From Pachysolen tannophilus NRRL Y-2460 (lineage: Eukaryota), in the NCBI GenBank assembly GCA_001661245.1, contig KV454018.1:867996-931995 (forward strand): a DNA stretch of 64,000 bases, written 5' to 3'. Below, piece by piece: positions 31,923 through 43,155 of the stretch (position 1 is the stretch's first letter; every line of letters begins with the position of its first letter). Position numbers and translations under genes: made by a program. The notes below the pieces were generated by a model, which had not been told where the DNA came from, searched no databases, and saw nothing but the letters and a program-made list of their open reading frames with translations.

Positions 31923-32577
31923 ATGGCCAAGAGTAGTATGTATATATAGATTTATCTTGAAGCTTTGGAAAAGCAAAGCAAAGAAAAGAAAGGGAAGAAA
32001 GATTTAATTGAATGAAGGGATACTAACTTTTTTTTTTTAATTAGTTTCGAAACATTCTAGAGCAGCCAGAAGAGGTGAGATTAAAGATGCAGCAGAAGCT
32101 AAATCTTTATCCAAGATACCTAGAGCTGAAAATACGAATATAGCGAGCTCTATAATAAGATTAGCAGCAAAGAATGAAGGGTTGCTACAGAAGAAAATGG
32201 GTAAAAATAAAACCCGAGGTCAACCAACTAGAATAGTTAAAGAAAGAAAGCAAAAAGCATTAAAGATGGATGGAAAATTAACATTTAAAATTGAGCAAAG
32301 CCTTGAAAGAGCTAAAAATGTACAATTCTCTAGAAAATCAGGTTGGGATAGTATTAATAAAAATATTAGAGAAGAGCTAAGTAAAGGAGATGCGGATGCT
32401 GTATTGAAAAATCATAAAGAAAAAGCTAAAACAAACGAAGAAATGGAGATAGAAGGAAATATAGAAGATGAAGAGGATGAAGATGAAAATGAAAAAGATT
32501 CTCATGATCACCATAAAGAATCAGCTCATAATCAGAAAAATCTTTTTGCGTTGCTAGGAGATGAAGTTGAAACTTGA
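31923..32577 (+). CDS. ECM1: Pre-60S factor Ecm1 (exon 1 31923-31935, intron 31936-32044)
   Basis: GTATGT / TACTAAC / TAG intron gives MAKSISKHSRAARR..IPRAE..AAKNEGLL; RKSGWDSIN; RRPE motif upstream. Confidence 0.85.
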
Positions 32578-33114
32578 AAGGAAAAAATAAAAAAAAAATT
32601 CTGTATACTACTACTACTAATATTACAATATAAAACTACAATTAAAGGAAGGACCGGTAATTTTCAATTAATAGAACCTCTCAATTCATCATACTAGAAA
32701 CGATAATCTTTTTTTTTTAAATAAAAAAAAAAATAACTTGATAGCTATCAAGAAAACCTTGTCAATTAGTTGCCCCATCATGTAGACTAAAATCATTTTG
32801 TTAGTGTTTCAGAATGTACTTTTAGTGAAAAATTACTTTTTGTAAATAATCTTTATCAAATTAATCAAATGAGATTGTTTCAAGATGAGTTTAATGATGA
32901 ATTTGGACTTTCAAATTTTGGCCATATATATATATATATAGCATACAGGAAATGATCATGAATCTGAAAGTAAAGAGGAATTGTTGGTTTTTGTGTTTTT
33001 GTTATGGTTTTCATATAACAACTGTCTTGGTTTGAATCATAGAGTTTTTTTTTTTTCATTTTTGCTTTTCAATTCAAGTTATCATTGTTATTATTGAAAG
33101 AAGTGATTTATTTA

Positions 33115-35349
33115 ATGGAGACAATAGATTTAGAGACATTTGTGCAAAAAGATGGAAAGGATAAGCTTGAAGCTATGTTATCTAATGGTCAAAGCAATGC
33201 AAAAACTTTACATGAGACTGTATCAAGAAAATTTAATAAGACACCATCTGGTAGAATTTGTACTAAAGATTTAAAAGATATTTATTCTATGTTGATAATA
33301 TGTATGAAATTACAAGAAAGATCTTCTTGTCGTTCTAGGTTTAAGCTTTTACCTTCAGGAAAGAATTATCTGTTTTCATTCAATATTGGAGATGCTGTTA
33401 TTCAAATGGAAAATTTGTCTGTAGTTGTTAATTTATCAGATACTAGTACTACTATAACTTATGGTATTAAACCAGGGTTAGCAAATAATTTAATTCATGC
33501 TTTTATGGATGCAAAGCTTTTACATTGTCCATCAGATAGGACCCGAACTGAACCTAAGATTGGTGTCACATTACAACCAACTCCAAAAGGTGTTGCTGTA
33601 TTACAAAATTATTGTCATAAGATTGGTTTAAAGGGAAATGAATTACCTCCAATCTTGAAAACAACTTTTAATTCAATGGATTTGATTTGTTTTGAAAGAC
33701 ATAGTGTAACAGATTCTATTATACATTCAGATTACTTTATTCATATTTTGTTTGCTAGATTTTTGGGTCAAACTCCTAATGTATGGAGTGTTAATAATAA
33801 GCCAGATGAAATACCTTCTATCTCACAAAGACTAGAACAAAAAGAAAATCCTTTTGATTTTTCTCAAAATGCATTCAGTGGGAATTATTATGATGGGAAT
33901 AATTTTGGTAAATTATATCCAGATTGGGACTTGGTTGATGCTAACCATGCAAATAACAAAAATAGTTCCAATGATCGTATGGGTGATAAAGATAAGAAAA
34001 AAGAACGTCAATCGTTAGAATCTCCATTTGCTCATAAATTTTTCACTAATCCTGAGTCAGATTCACATGTCCAATATTACATATCAAAAAAGGGAGTAAG
34101 ATTATATAAGGCTAAAAAATTTGGCGCAGAAAATACTTTATTTTCTTATTGTTTTACAGGGAAAGCAGCTTTACAATGGTTAATGGATTGTTCTGATTGT
34201 ATGTATCTTGATGAGGCTGCAGAAGTAGTCAATTTATTTTTAAAAGTTGGATTGATCTCACCAATAACTTTATCTCCCTCCGAATCACCAATAAAGGGAT
34301 TTCAAGCTAGTAAATCTGCTTATTATTGTTTATCTGATAGAGGATGGGATGTCTCTCATTGGAACACTGAAAATGGCATATCATTAGCACTAATGGAAAT
34401 GTATAATACCACTTCCATAACGTCATCTTGCTCAAATGATCAAAATAATCTTTCTCCTAATCCATCTGCTTCTGATCTTACTTTGAAAGACATTTTACAT
34501 GATCCAGGAAGTAGATTCATTTTTAGAATGCATTTAGAGAAAGATTTCTGTGTGGAAAATCTAGATGTTTATATCTTAATTTTAGAATTTGAAAAACAAA
34601 TGTCGATTTTGAGGAAGTTATTGAAGGCGAAAGAATTACATAAAAATAAAGAACATATGGATTGTAATACAGAAAAGGACTCAAAAATTATACAAAAAAG
34701 AATGAGAGTAAAGAAAGCCAAAGATGTTGCTATTATTAAGTTTGCAAATGAGTGTCTTTCTAAAGTCTATGCAATTTATAGTTCATATCTATCAAATGGT
34801 GCTCCTTATGAAATTAATATTGCAGATTCTTTAAAAGCAGAAATTCAGTCTTTGTTAGTGCATCCTAATTCCCCTAATGATTCAAGGTTTCCAACTGAAG
34901 TACAGGAAGGACAGGAAGGTATATCTACTAACTGTGATGACGTAGACAAAGATTATTCTAATAAACCAAATTGTTCTGAGAGCTCAAACCTTGGAATAAA
35001 TGTCAACGCTCTTTTCAGTGATGATTGTAAACTATCTTTATCAACTGCTACACCCTCAATTTCATCGTCATCTTCTGTATCAGATCAAAGTAAAAAGATT
35101 AGCATCAATACTTTGAAGGTTTCAAGTTTAGCTATCGCTGAAGACAATTGCGTTCCACCAACCCCAATGACTCCTACGGCAGAATATATTGGGAATTCTT
35201 TATTACTTTTAATTAGAATTGAGCCCTTATTCCAAAAAGTAAATCAACACATGTATTTTTTGATGTCTCTGGATTCATTTCCAAAATTCATCACTTCGGA
35301 TCTATTTAAAGAGAGTAACATATCTATTAAAAAAGAATTACTACAATAG
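33115..35349 (+). CDS. SST2: RGS protein Sst2 (DEP and RGS domains)
   Basis: LQPTPKG, FFTNPESDSHVQYY, FTGKAALQWLMDC, LEKDFCVENL, PYEINI, DSFPKF. Confidence 0.92.
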   Translation: METIDLETFVQKDGKDKLEAMLSNGQSNAKTLHETVSRKFNKTPSGRICTKDLKDIYSMLIICMKLQERSSCRSRFKLLPSGKNYLFSFNIGDAVIQMENLSVVVNLSDTSTTITYGIKPGLANNLIHAFMDAKLLHCPSDRTRTEPKIGVTLQPTPKGVAVLQNYCHKIGLKGNELPPILKTTFNSMDLICFERHSVTDSIIHSDYFIHILFARFLGQTPNVWSVNNKPDEIPSISQRLEQKENPFDFSQNAFSGNYYDGNNFGKLYPDWDLVDANHANNKNSSNDRMGDKDKKKERQSLESPFAHKFFTNPESDSHVQYYISKKGVRLYKAKKFGAENTLFSYCFTGKAALQWLMDCSDCMYLDEAAEVVNLFLKVGLISPITLSPSESPIKGFQASKSAYYCLSDRGWDVSHWNTENGISLALMEMYNTTSITSSCSNDQNNLSPNPSASDLTLKDILHDPGSRFIFRMHLEKDFCVENLDVYILILEFEKQMSILRKLLKAKELHKNKEHMDCNTEKDSKIIQKRMRVKKAKDVAIIKFANECLSKVYAIYSSYLSNGAPYEINIADSLKAEIQSLLVHPNSPNDSRFPTEVQEGQEGISTNCDDVDKDYSNKPNCSESSNLGINVNALFSDDCKLSLSTATPSISSSSSVSDQSKKISINTLKVSSLAIAEDNCVPPTPMTPTAEYIGNSLLLLIRIEPLFQKVNQHMYFLMSLDSFPKFITSDLFKESNISIKKELLQ

Positions 35350-35549
35350 ATAATGGAAGCAATTAAAAAAAAAATAATTAGTCTTTGTTTGTAAAATATA
35401 TCCAGGCATTTTTGTTATATTATGGTTGAGTTAATTTTTCAATTGAGGATTTACATGAAATATTTTATTTAGACTAATTAGTTTTGTTTGTCATATTATA
35501 ACTGTTATAAATAACCATAGATTATTGTAAATGGAGCCATAAAGTACAT

Positions 35550-37250
35550 CTATAAGAACTCATCCCAAAACTTGATTTCTAGTTCGGTAACATCTTTGAA
35601 AATTTTAATTAATTTCTCTAATTTCTTCAAAGAGATGTATCCGTCTTGGTTAAAGCAGTGATCATTGATTATCTTATCACCCCTTGTACAAGCTTGAAGA
35701 TATTCTTCAGAAGTATATTCTTGTAACCAAAAGTTGAATAGTTGAGATTTATCATCGTTTTCAATAATACCTTTGAAGATACTTTGTCCAAAAATTGAGG
35801 CATACTTATACCCATGCAAACAAGGTGCTAGAGCAATATTTATCTCCAACCAATCTCCCTCATTCTTACCTATGTTCATCAAATAATTGTTATAATTCTG
35901 ACACAGTTGATTCATCTTTGTTAAGCTGAGTTCTTCTGCTGATATACCTAATTTTGCCAACTTCAGAGTGTGTTTATCAACTTCTGTAGTACATTCAAGC
36001 AATATTTGTGCTTCCATTTCAATTGAAGAAATATCAGGAGCAATTGAAGACGCTAAAGAATGAACTCTTGCATAGTTAAGTAAATAGCAGCTGTCCTGTT
36101 TTAAAAAATTTAAAAAATGGGATTTTGGTAGCGATAAATCTGCAACTTTATGAATAAACTTATGATGTATGTAATCGTTCCAAACATCTTTGATTGAAGG
36201 ATGATTGATCAAATACTGCAAAAATTCACCTTTTTCAAAAGGAATCTTAATAAAACTTTCATCAAAATCAAACTCCAAATCTTTTCTGGATATGGCGTAA
36301 CAGTGATTCAACGGGCCATGTCCATGGCCTATATTTCCTGAATGGGTGATACCATTTTGGACGTAATTAATAGCATTACCAATTGCATCGACCAAAGACA
36401 ATTTTTTTGCTAAATTTGAAGCAATTGAAGAAGCTAAAGTACATCCAGTTCCATGTGTGTTTTGAGAATTACTAAAATTGGATTTAAATAATGAAAATTT
36501 ACCAGAGTCAGATTGATATAAGACATCAGTAATATAGCTATCATTATTATTTTCATCTTTCCAAGGGATATGCCCACCTTTTAATAATACATTTTTAACT
36601 TTGGTGAACTTTGAAAGTTTAAAACACATTCCAAAAATATCATCAACAGTATTTGCCTTAAAATTCTTGTAGTAATTTGCCTTATTTTCTTCGGATTCAA
36701 AATCTGTATCAACTATAGAAAGGATAGTAGTTGCTTCAATAAAATTTGGAGTTATTAAAGTAACATAGGGGAAAAGCTCTTCTATCAATAATTTGATATT
36801 TTTCTGTGCAGTTAACTCATATCCTGAAGTACTCACCATAACTGGATCGATGACTAATGGGTTTGAATAACCATATTTCAAAATGGTCTCTTTTAAAGCT
36901 AAAATACAATCCACAGTTAACATACCAGTTTTGATAACATCAATATCAATATCCTTGAAGTTTGCATCAAGAATCTTGATCAAAAATTCAAAAGGAATTT
37001 GGAATGAATCATTCACACCAATTGTATTTTGAGCAGTCAATGAATTGATACAAGTTAACCCATAACACTTGTGTGAAGTAATTGTCTTCAAATCAGCCTC
37101 TATACCAGCACCACCAGATGAATCTGACCCAGCAACAGTTAAAACTGTAGGCAATCTATCCGATACAGCTTGATTATGAATAAATGGAGCTTTCGGTACA
37201 TTCGTCAAATCAATGGTTTTTAGATCTGTACTTGCAGCTGTTAACATCAT
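35550..37250 (-). CDS. THI20: HMP/HMP-P kinase fused to a TenA domain (Thi20/21 family)
   Basis: VLTVAGSDSSGGAGIEADLKT, DPVMVSTSG, LLKGGH, THGTGCTLASSIA; TenA-like tail ELEIKFWD. Confidence 0.92.
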   Translation of the reverse strand: MMLTAASTDLKTIDLTNVPKAPFIHNQAVSDRLPTVLTVAGSDSSGGAGIEADLKTITSHKCYGLTCINSLTAQNTIGVNDSFQIPFEFLIKILDANFKDIDIDVIKTGMLTVDCILALKETILKYGYSNPLVIDPVMVSTSGYELTAQKNIKLLIEELFPYVTLITPNFIEATTILSIVDTDFESEENKANYYKNFKANTVDDIFGMCFKLSKFTKVKNVLLKGGHIPWKDENNNDSYITDVLYQSDSGKFSLFKSNFSNSQNTHGTGCTLASSIASNLAKKLSLVDAIGNAINYVQNGITHSGNIGHGHGPLNHCYAISRKDLEFDFDESFIKIPFEKGEFLQYLINHPSIKDVWNDYIHHKFIHKVADLSLPKSHFLNFLKQDSCYLLNYARVHSLASSIAPDISSIEMEAQILLECTTEVDKHTLKLAKLGISAEELSLTKMNQLCQNYNNYLMNIGKNEGDWLEINIALAPCLHGYKYASIFGQSIFKGIIENDDKSQLFNFWLQEYTSEEYLQACTRGDKIINDHCFNQDGYISLKKLEKLIKIFKDVTELEIKFWDEFL

Positions 37251-37596
37251 CTCTGGAAACACTTTTATTTACAAGTTACCAACGCTTTTCTGAAAAATCG
37301 GATCCAGCCAAATGATTCCAAGTCAACAGAGATATTCAATTGACCATAAACAATTTCAAGTTCGAAGTTTAGAAGAATCTTCTCAAAATAACGTATTTAT
37401 GGGCCAAAATTGCATCGTCTGATGGCTATCGCGGGAAACTTTTCAAATCAAAAATGCAAAATACTTTACAATTTTTATATCAATTTTTCAAAAATTGAAA
37501 TATTCAAATAGCAAATACAAGACAAAAAAAAAGGTTGACATTATTTCTGTTTGTATTAGGGAAGGGTTTGTAATAAGTAGTTTGGTTAATTTAAGA

Positions 37597-39246
37597 ATGA
37601 GTCAGTTTGATAAGGCTAAGGTTGATTATTCACTTTATTTGGTCACTAATCGTGAAATGATTCCAGATGGAATCACTATTTTTGAACAAGTTGAAAGAGC
37701 TATTATGAATGGAGTCACAATAGTTCAATTAAGAGAGAAAGAAGCTGAGACTAAAGAGTTTGTTGAAATTGCCAAGAAAATCCATCAATTGACTATGAAA
37801 TATAATATTCCTTTAATTATCAATGATAGAGTTGATGTTGCCCTAGCGGTGGATGCAGAAGGTGTTCATATTGGTCAAGATGATATGGATGCAGAAACGG
37901 TAAGGAAATTGATCGGAGATAATAAGATACTTGGTGTTAGTTGTGGGTATGTCGAGGATGTTCAAAATGTTATTAAATCCGAGGCCAAGATTGATTATAT
38001 TGGTATTGGTGCTGTTTTTCCAACAAATACCAAGAAATTGAAAAAGGTTCCATTTGGTACAGATGGAATCAAGAAATTGTTGACTGTGTTAAGAGATAAT
38101 GGTGGCCAGCATATTAAATCTGTCATTATTGGTGGATTGAACAAGTCAAATATTCTGCAGGTTTTATATACAAGTTCGATTCCAGGTAAGGCAACTGATG
38201 GAGTTGCCGTAGTATCATGTATAATGGCTCAAGAAGATGCTTTAAAAGAAACAAAAGCAACTCTTGCTTGTATCAAAGAAGTTGGTCCTTGGGTCAAAAA
38301 AGATCAAATTCTAACTGATTTGCAATTATCAAGAGATTATTTTACTTCTTCAAAATTCAAAGATATTATTTATACTTTGAAAAATATAAAACCAATGGTT
38401 CATCATATTACAAACAATGTTGTTAAAAATTTTTCAGCAAATGTTACAATTTCTATTGGAGGCTCACCAATAATGTCTGAATTAGTACAGGAATTTGAAG
38501 ATTTTGCCCAATTTCCAAACACTGGGTTATTATTAAATACTGGTACTCCAACGGAAGAAACATTACCCGTATTTTTGGAAGCAGTTAAACTGTATAATTT
38601 GAACGGAAGCCCAGTGGTATATGACCCTGTAGGATGCGGTGCTTCAGGTGCAAGGAAGAGATATATGAGTGAAATCTTGAATCATGGATATTTCACTGTT
38701 ATTAAGGGAAATACAGGAGAAATTCTAACTGCTGCTGGTTTTGACTCAAGGATGAAAGGTGTTGATGTGATGGATTCTTCGCAAAGTCATCAGTACTTGA
38801 TCGACGCTGCTAAAAAATTAGCCGTTTCTCAAAGGTGCGTTGTGGTATTGACTGGTGAGTTAGATATTATCGTTGATGGAATTGTAGACCCAACAATCAT
38901 AAAAATTCCACGAAATTTTGAACCAGTTGTAGCAGTAATTAAAGGTGGTCATGAGCTTATGGGAAATATTACAGGATCTGGATGTGCTCTAGGAAGCGTT
39001 ATTACAGCTTTTGTGGCATCAAACTCCACCAAGAATGTCTTTTTCAGTACCATTTCTGCTGTCATGTTATTCAAAGAAGCAGGGTATTTGGCTGGAAAAA
39101 TCAGTGATGGTCCAGGATCGTTCATGCTTAACTTCTTAGATCAACTATACAAAATTTCCCACTTGGAATCTTTCAAAGATGGAAACTGGAATACTAGTGT
39201 CAGCTTTCCGTACTCGTCTTCTTCCTCTATACTCTTAAGTCTTTGA
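37597..39246 (+). CDS. THI6: Thiamine-phosphate synthase / hydroxyethylthiazole kinase
   Basis: VDYSLYLVT, VQLREK, LIINDRVDVA, GVHIGQDD, HHITNNVVKNFSAN, ITGSGCALG. Confidence 0.95.
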   Translation: MSQFDKAKVDYSLYLVTNREMIPDGITIFEQVERAIMNGVTIVQLREKEAETKEFVEIAKKIHQLTMKYNIPLIINDRVDVALAVDAEGVHIGQDDMDAETVRKLIGDNKILGVSCGYVEDVQNVIKSEAKIDYIGIGAVFPTNTKKLKKVPFGTDGIKKLLTVLRDNGGQHIKSVIIGGLNKSNILQVLYTSSIPGKATDGVAVVSCIMAQEDALKETKATLACIKEVGPWVKKDQILTDLQLSRDYFTSSKFKDIIYTLKNIKPMVHHITNNVVKNFSANVTISIGGSPIMSELVQEFEDFAQFPNTGLLLNTGTPTEETLPVFLEAVKLYNLNGSPVVYDPVGCGASGARKRYMSEILNHGYFTVIKGNTGEILTAAGFDSRMKGVDVMDSSQSHQYLIDAAKKLAVSQRCVVVLTGELDIIVDGIVDPTIIKIPRNFEPVVAVIKGGHELMGNITGSGCALGSVITAFVASNSTKNVFFSTISAVMLFKEAGYLAGKISDGPGSFMLNFLDQLYKISHLESFKDGNWNTSVSFPYSSSSSILLSL

Positions 39247-39837
39247 AAAACCTATAAAACTCTGAACACAAAAACTTTTATCCAGACAGAATTAAAAGAA
39301 TTAAAAGAATCAAAAAAAAAAAAAAAATGCTGCAATGCAAGAATCTATGCAAATCATGCAAGGACTTATGCTGCTATCAGAATGTAATGTATTATTACAT
39401 AGCCTTTCTAAATGAATTATCAAGTCTTTTCCTAGGCCGTTTTAAATTTTCATTGGCTTCGTCTGAGGAAAAAGAGTTCCAGTTTTATATTGGCCGCTTG
39501 TTTTGTCTTCCAACCCTCTGTCAAAAGGCTGCAGCTCAAAAATAAAAATAAAATTAAAAAAAAAATAACCTTGCCAAAAGGTGATGTGCACAAAATAGTG
39601 AAGTCAGGTGAACTAATAATATACACAATATTATTTTTCTTCTTTTTTTTTGTATTGTGTTTTGTGTTTTTTGGAAAAAAATTGTTGACTTTTGTAGCAA
39701 GAACCTTTTTCTTACGATTTTAGAAATAGATTTGAGCCATGCCAAGTCTGTGAATTTTCATAGTATCATTAAACATTAATTATATAGTTGTAAGAACAAG
39801 CTAGATATATATTTGGTACCTTTGCTACTATTATTCT

Positions 39838-41009
39838 TTATTCTTTCTTTGCTTGTTCTTGAGATTTTTCAAAAATCTTAGTAATTCCAGAATTATTTAA
39901 AGCAGATAATATTGCATCCCTATTTTCACCATGTTGTGTATCTAATTCATCGAGCTCGCGACCAAAATCTTCATTAAATACAACATCAGACGCTGCTTCC
40001 ACGTCCATTTTCTTTGCTTCCATCATTAATGGACGTATGCATAACCATCCTGTTTCTGTTCTAAAATGCCTACCTAAAGCATCAGCTCTTGCAAATCTAC
40101 GATTACAACCCCATCTTGTTTTACCATCTTTTAATAATCCACCACATTTAAATTTTTTTTCACCTTCATGTAATTTTTCATGTCTTTTCCTATCATGACT
40201 TCTAGCAAATGCTTTACCACAAACTTTACAAGGAAATGGTTTTGCAGAAGAATGTGTTTTTTGATGCGATTTTAAATTATAAGGTCTATTAAAAACTTTT
40301 CCACAAGTTTGACAAGGATAACTATTAGTAGACAGAGGTAAAGATTCAGTAGATCTTTTTCTTCTTTTTTTAGTTCCTTCAGTTTCAACACCAGCAGAAG
40401 CTTCAGCAGCAGCTATAGTATTTGATATAGCATTCTGTAAGATTTCAACATGACTATCAGATGTTGCTCTTCTTGTATCATTTTGTGAAGGTAATTGTAC
40501 TATATTTCTACCATCATTTGAAGTACCAATACGTAAACCTCCTTCATTTGTTAGTTGAAATGAATTTTGAATCAAATAGTTTCTACCATAATCAGGAATA
40601 CTTGAAACTAATTGCATATCTTGATGTGATGATTGTGATTGTGATTGTGGTATAGTATATATTGTAGAATTAATATAATTTCCAAAAGAAAATTGTCCTG
40701 TATATTCCGGATTACTTAAATAACCTATTGAATATGAATTTCCCCCATTTGCCAAATTTGGATTTGTATCTGGATTTAATGACGATGTTGTAGCTGTTAC
40801 TTGGGTTTGAGGTTGGAATCCTGGTTGAAGTTGGGTTTGTATTGGTGGAAGAGTAGAATTATTAATATTATTATTATTGTTGGTATTATGAATATCGTGC
40901 ACACCACTCCCTTCAAAGGAGTTCATCTGTGAAGAATAAAATCTTGAAGGACTATTAAATGAGAACTGATTGATAGATTGATTAGTGAGTGGAGTACTAA
41001 AGCCATTAC

Positions 41010-41051
<42 letters not shown>

Positions 41052-41247
41052 TATTATTATTATTAATATTTTGTGGGTATGCAAACAAATATGGGTTGAT
41101 TTTACTAAAACCTTCTATGGAGTCCTCTTCTCTTGATTGTCTGGAGGACTGGAACTGGATACTCTGCTGGTTCTGCTGCTGCTGGTACTGCTGCTGGAAC
41201 TGATGATACAGCTGCTCCAGTTTATTTGAAGCCGATTTAATCAGCAT
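39838..41247 (-). CDS. Crz1/Crz2-family C2H2 zinc-finger transcription factor
   Basis: [45 protein letters not shown]-rich N-terminus. Confidence 0.88.
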
Positions 41248-43155
41248 CTTTCTTATTTTCCCCTTCTTGTCTTGTCTTGAAATGAAACAGTTGCCAAGAA
41301 AAAAAAAAAAAGACCAATTGTTAAAAACACTTTCCCACCACTTTGATCGATAACGATAACGATAACGATACGATAACTATAAACACAATATAATGAATGG
41401 TGTTGATACGTTTAATCGATCTATGCGTTTCCACCTCTTCGGGAGTGTGTAACTGTGTGTGTGTAGGTGTATACTTTAAGATTAAGCGACTAAGCGTTTC
41501 TTGGCACTTTTAAATAGACAATCTAAGAAATGAGGTTCTTTTTATATCTTTTTTCTTTGGGAAAAGGCTTGAAATCCCCCAACCCTAACAAGATTTTCAA
41601 AATGGGCACTGGGAAAAGACAGGCAATCCAATAATCCGGATTTCGCTATAGGGATTTGCTGTATAGAGAAGATAATCTGCATGAAGATGCATTTAAGGTT
41701 TTGTAGGTCTGTGCCTTTTATAAAAATGAATGCAACAGAGGAGGGTCAATTAAGATCCAGATCTCTTTTGCCGTAGAAAATTTTTTTTAAATAAAAGAAA
41801 AAAAAAGAAAGAGAAAGAACTGGGACTTGAATTGGAACTATGATTGTAATATAAAGATATAGGTTTATAAAATTTTCTATTATTTTTTGTTTTTATTTGT
41901 TGGATCAGTTTAGTTTAGATGATGTTGATCATTTCATGAGTTAACAAAGACCAACTGGAATCTTATTTGTAACTTGTTCGGTAGTCCAAATTGTTTATGC
42001 GAGGCTCTTTAAAGTTTATCTTTGGAAAAGCTTATTTTTTGCCCTTTTTGCAAAGCTCCGCCACTACTAGCAAAAATAATGTTTTAACTATTTTGTAAGA
42101 AATCCTCATCGGCGGATACAGTATACAGCAAAAGAATAAGAATGGTAAGTAAGTAGAATAGGATACAGGCAGTAAGTAGCATTACAGTACAGTATTAAGT
42201 ACAGTATTAAGTACTGTGGAGGTTTAAAAATGCAAAAATGCAAAAAAAATTGATTCTAATTAGCTATATTTTTATTTTAGTTTTAATTATTTTTTTCTTT
42301 AAATGTCTCAAGCCAAATCAAATCGTATTTCAAACCACCACACAGTTTTAGGTTCTTTTATGATTTATCATCCGATAACGAAAAGATGATCCTAATATTG
42401 CTACTGCCAGAAATTATTATTTTTTTTTTTCTTTTTTTTTCTATACCCTGAGATTTCTTGCAGTGTTTTTTTTTTTTAAACTTTGTCTTTGAATAAGCCT
42501 TGTTTTCATTCTTTTAACATTACATAAGATTGCAGTTTGTCCTTTTCGTTGTTTTCCATTTTTATTATTTTTCATCTATTTTAGCCTTGAATAAAATGAT
42601 AACGTCATTTATAATTAAACAAAATACATACAAATTTATTCTACGAATAATGTAATTAAATATATAAAGAGGAATAAAAAAAAAAAAAATTGAGTACTTG
42701 CAGCAGCATCTTAATGAAGTTTGAATTAAATTTTTGCATGTTAATGCAGTGAGCGAAATAGAAAAAAATGAATTTTTATGGACTCGGATGTTCTTTTTTT
42801 TTTTTTTTTATTTTTAAATTGTAATTTGTATAATTTTTTATTAAACATTTTAAAGTTTAGAAAACGTCTTTTATATGATGAATCTGGCAAAGTTTGGTGC
42901 GTCTTTGACGTAACTATGCTTTCATAATACCATGTCCCAAATTTTTTTTAATGCTTTTAAGAACCGTTTTGTTTTCATCATGCGTTTGGTTTTCTTTCTT
43001 GGGTTTGAATTTGGGCTGTATCTTTTCAATCAACTTATGACAAATCAACTTAATAGTTAAATAATAATAATAATAATAATAATGATAATATACAGCGGGG
43101 GAAATTATTTATAGTAAATTTATTTATCTTTTTTTTTTTTTTTTTTCAATTTTTT

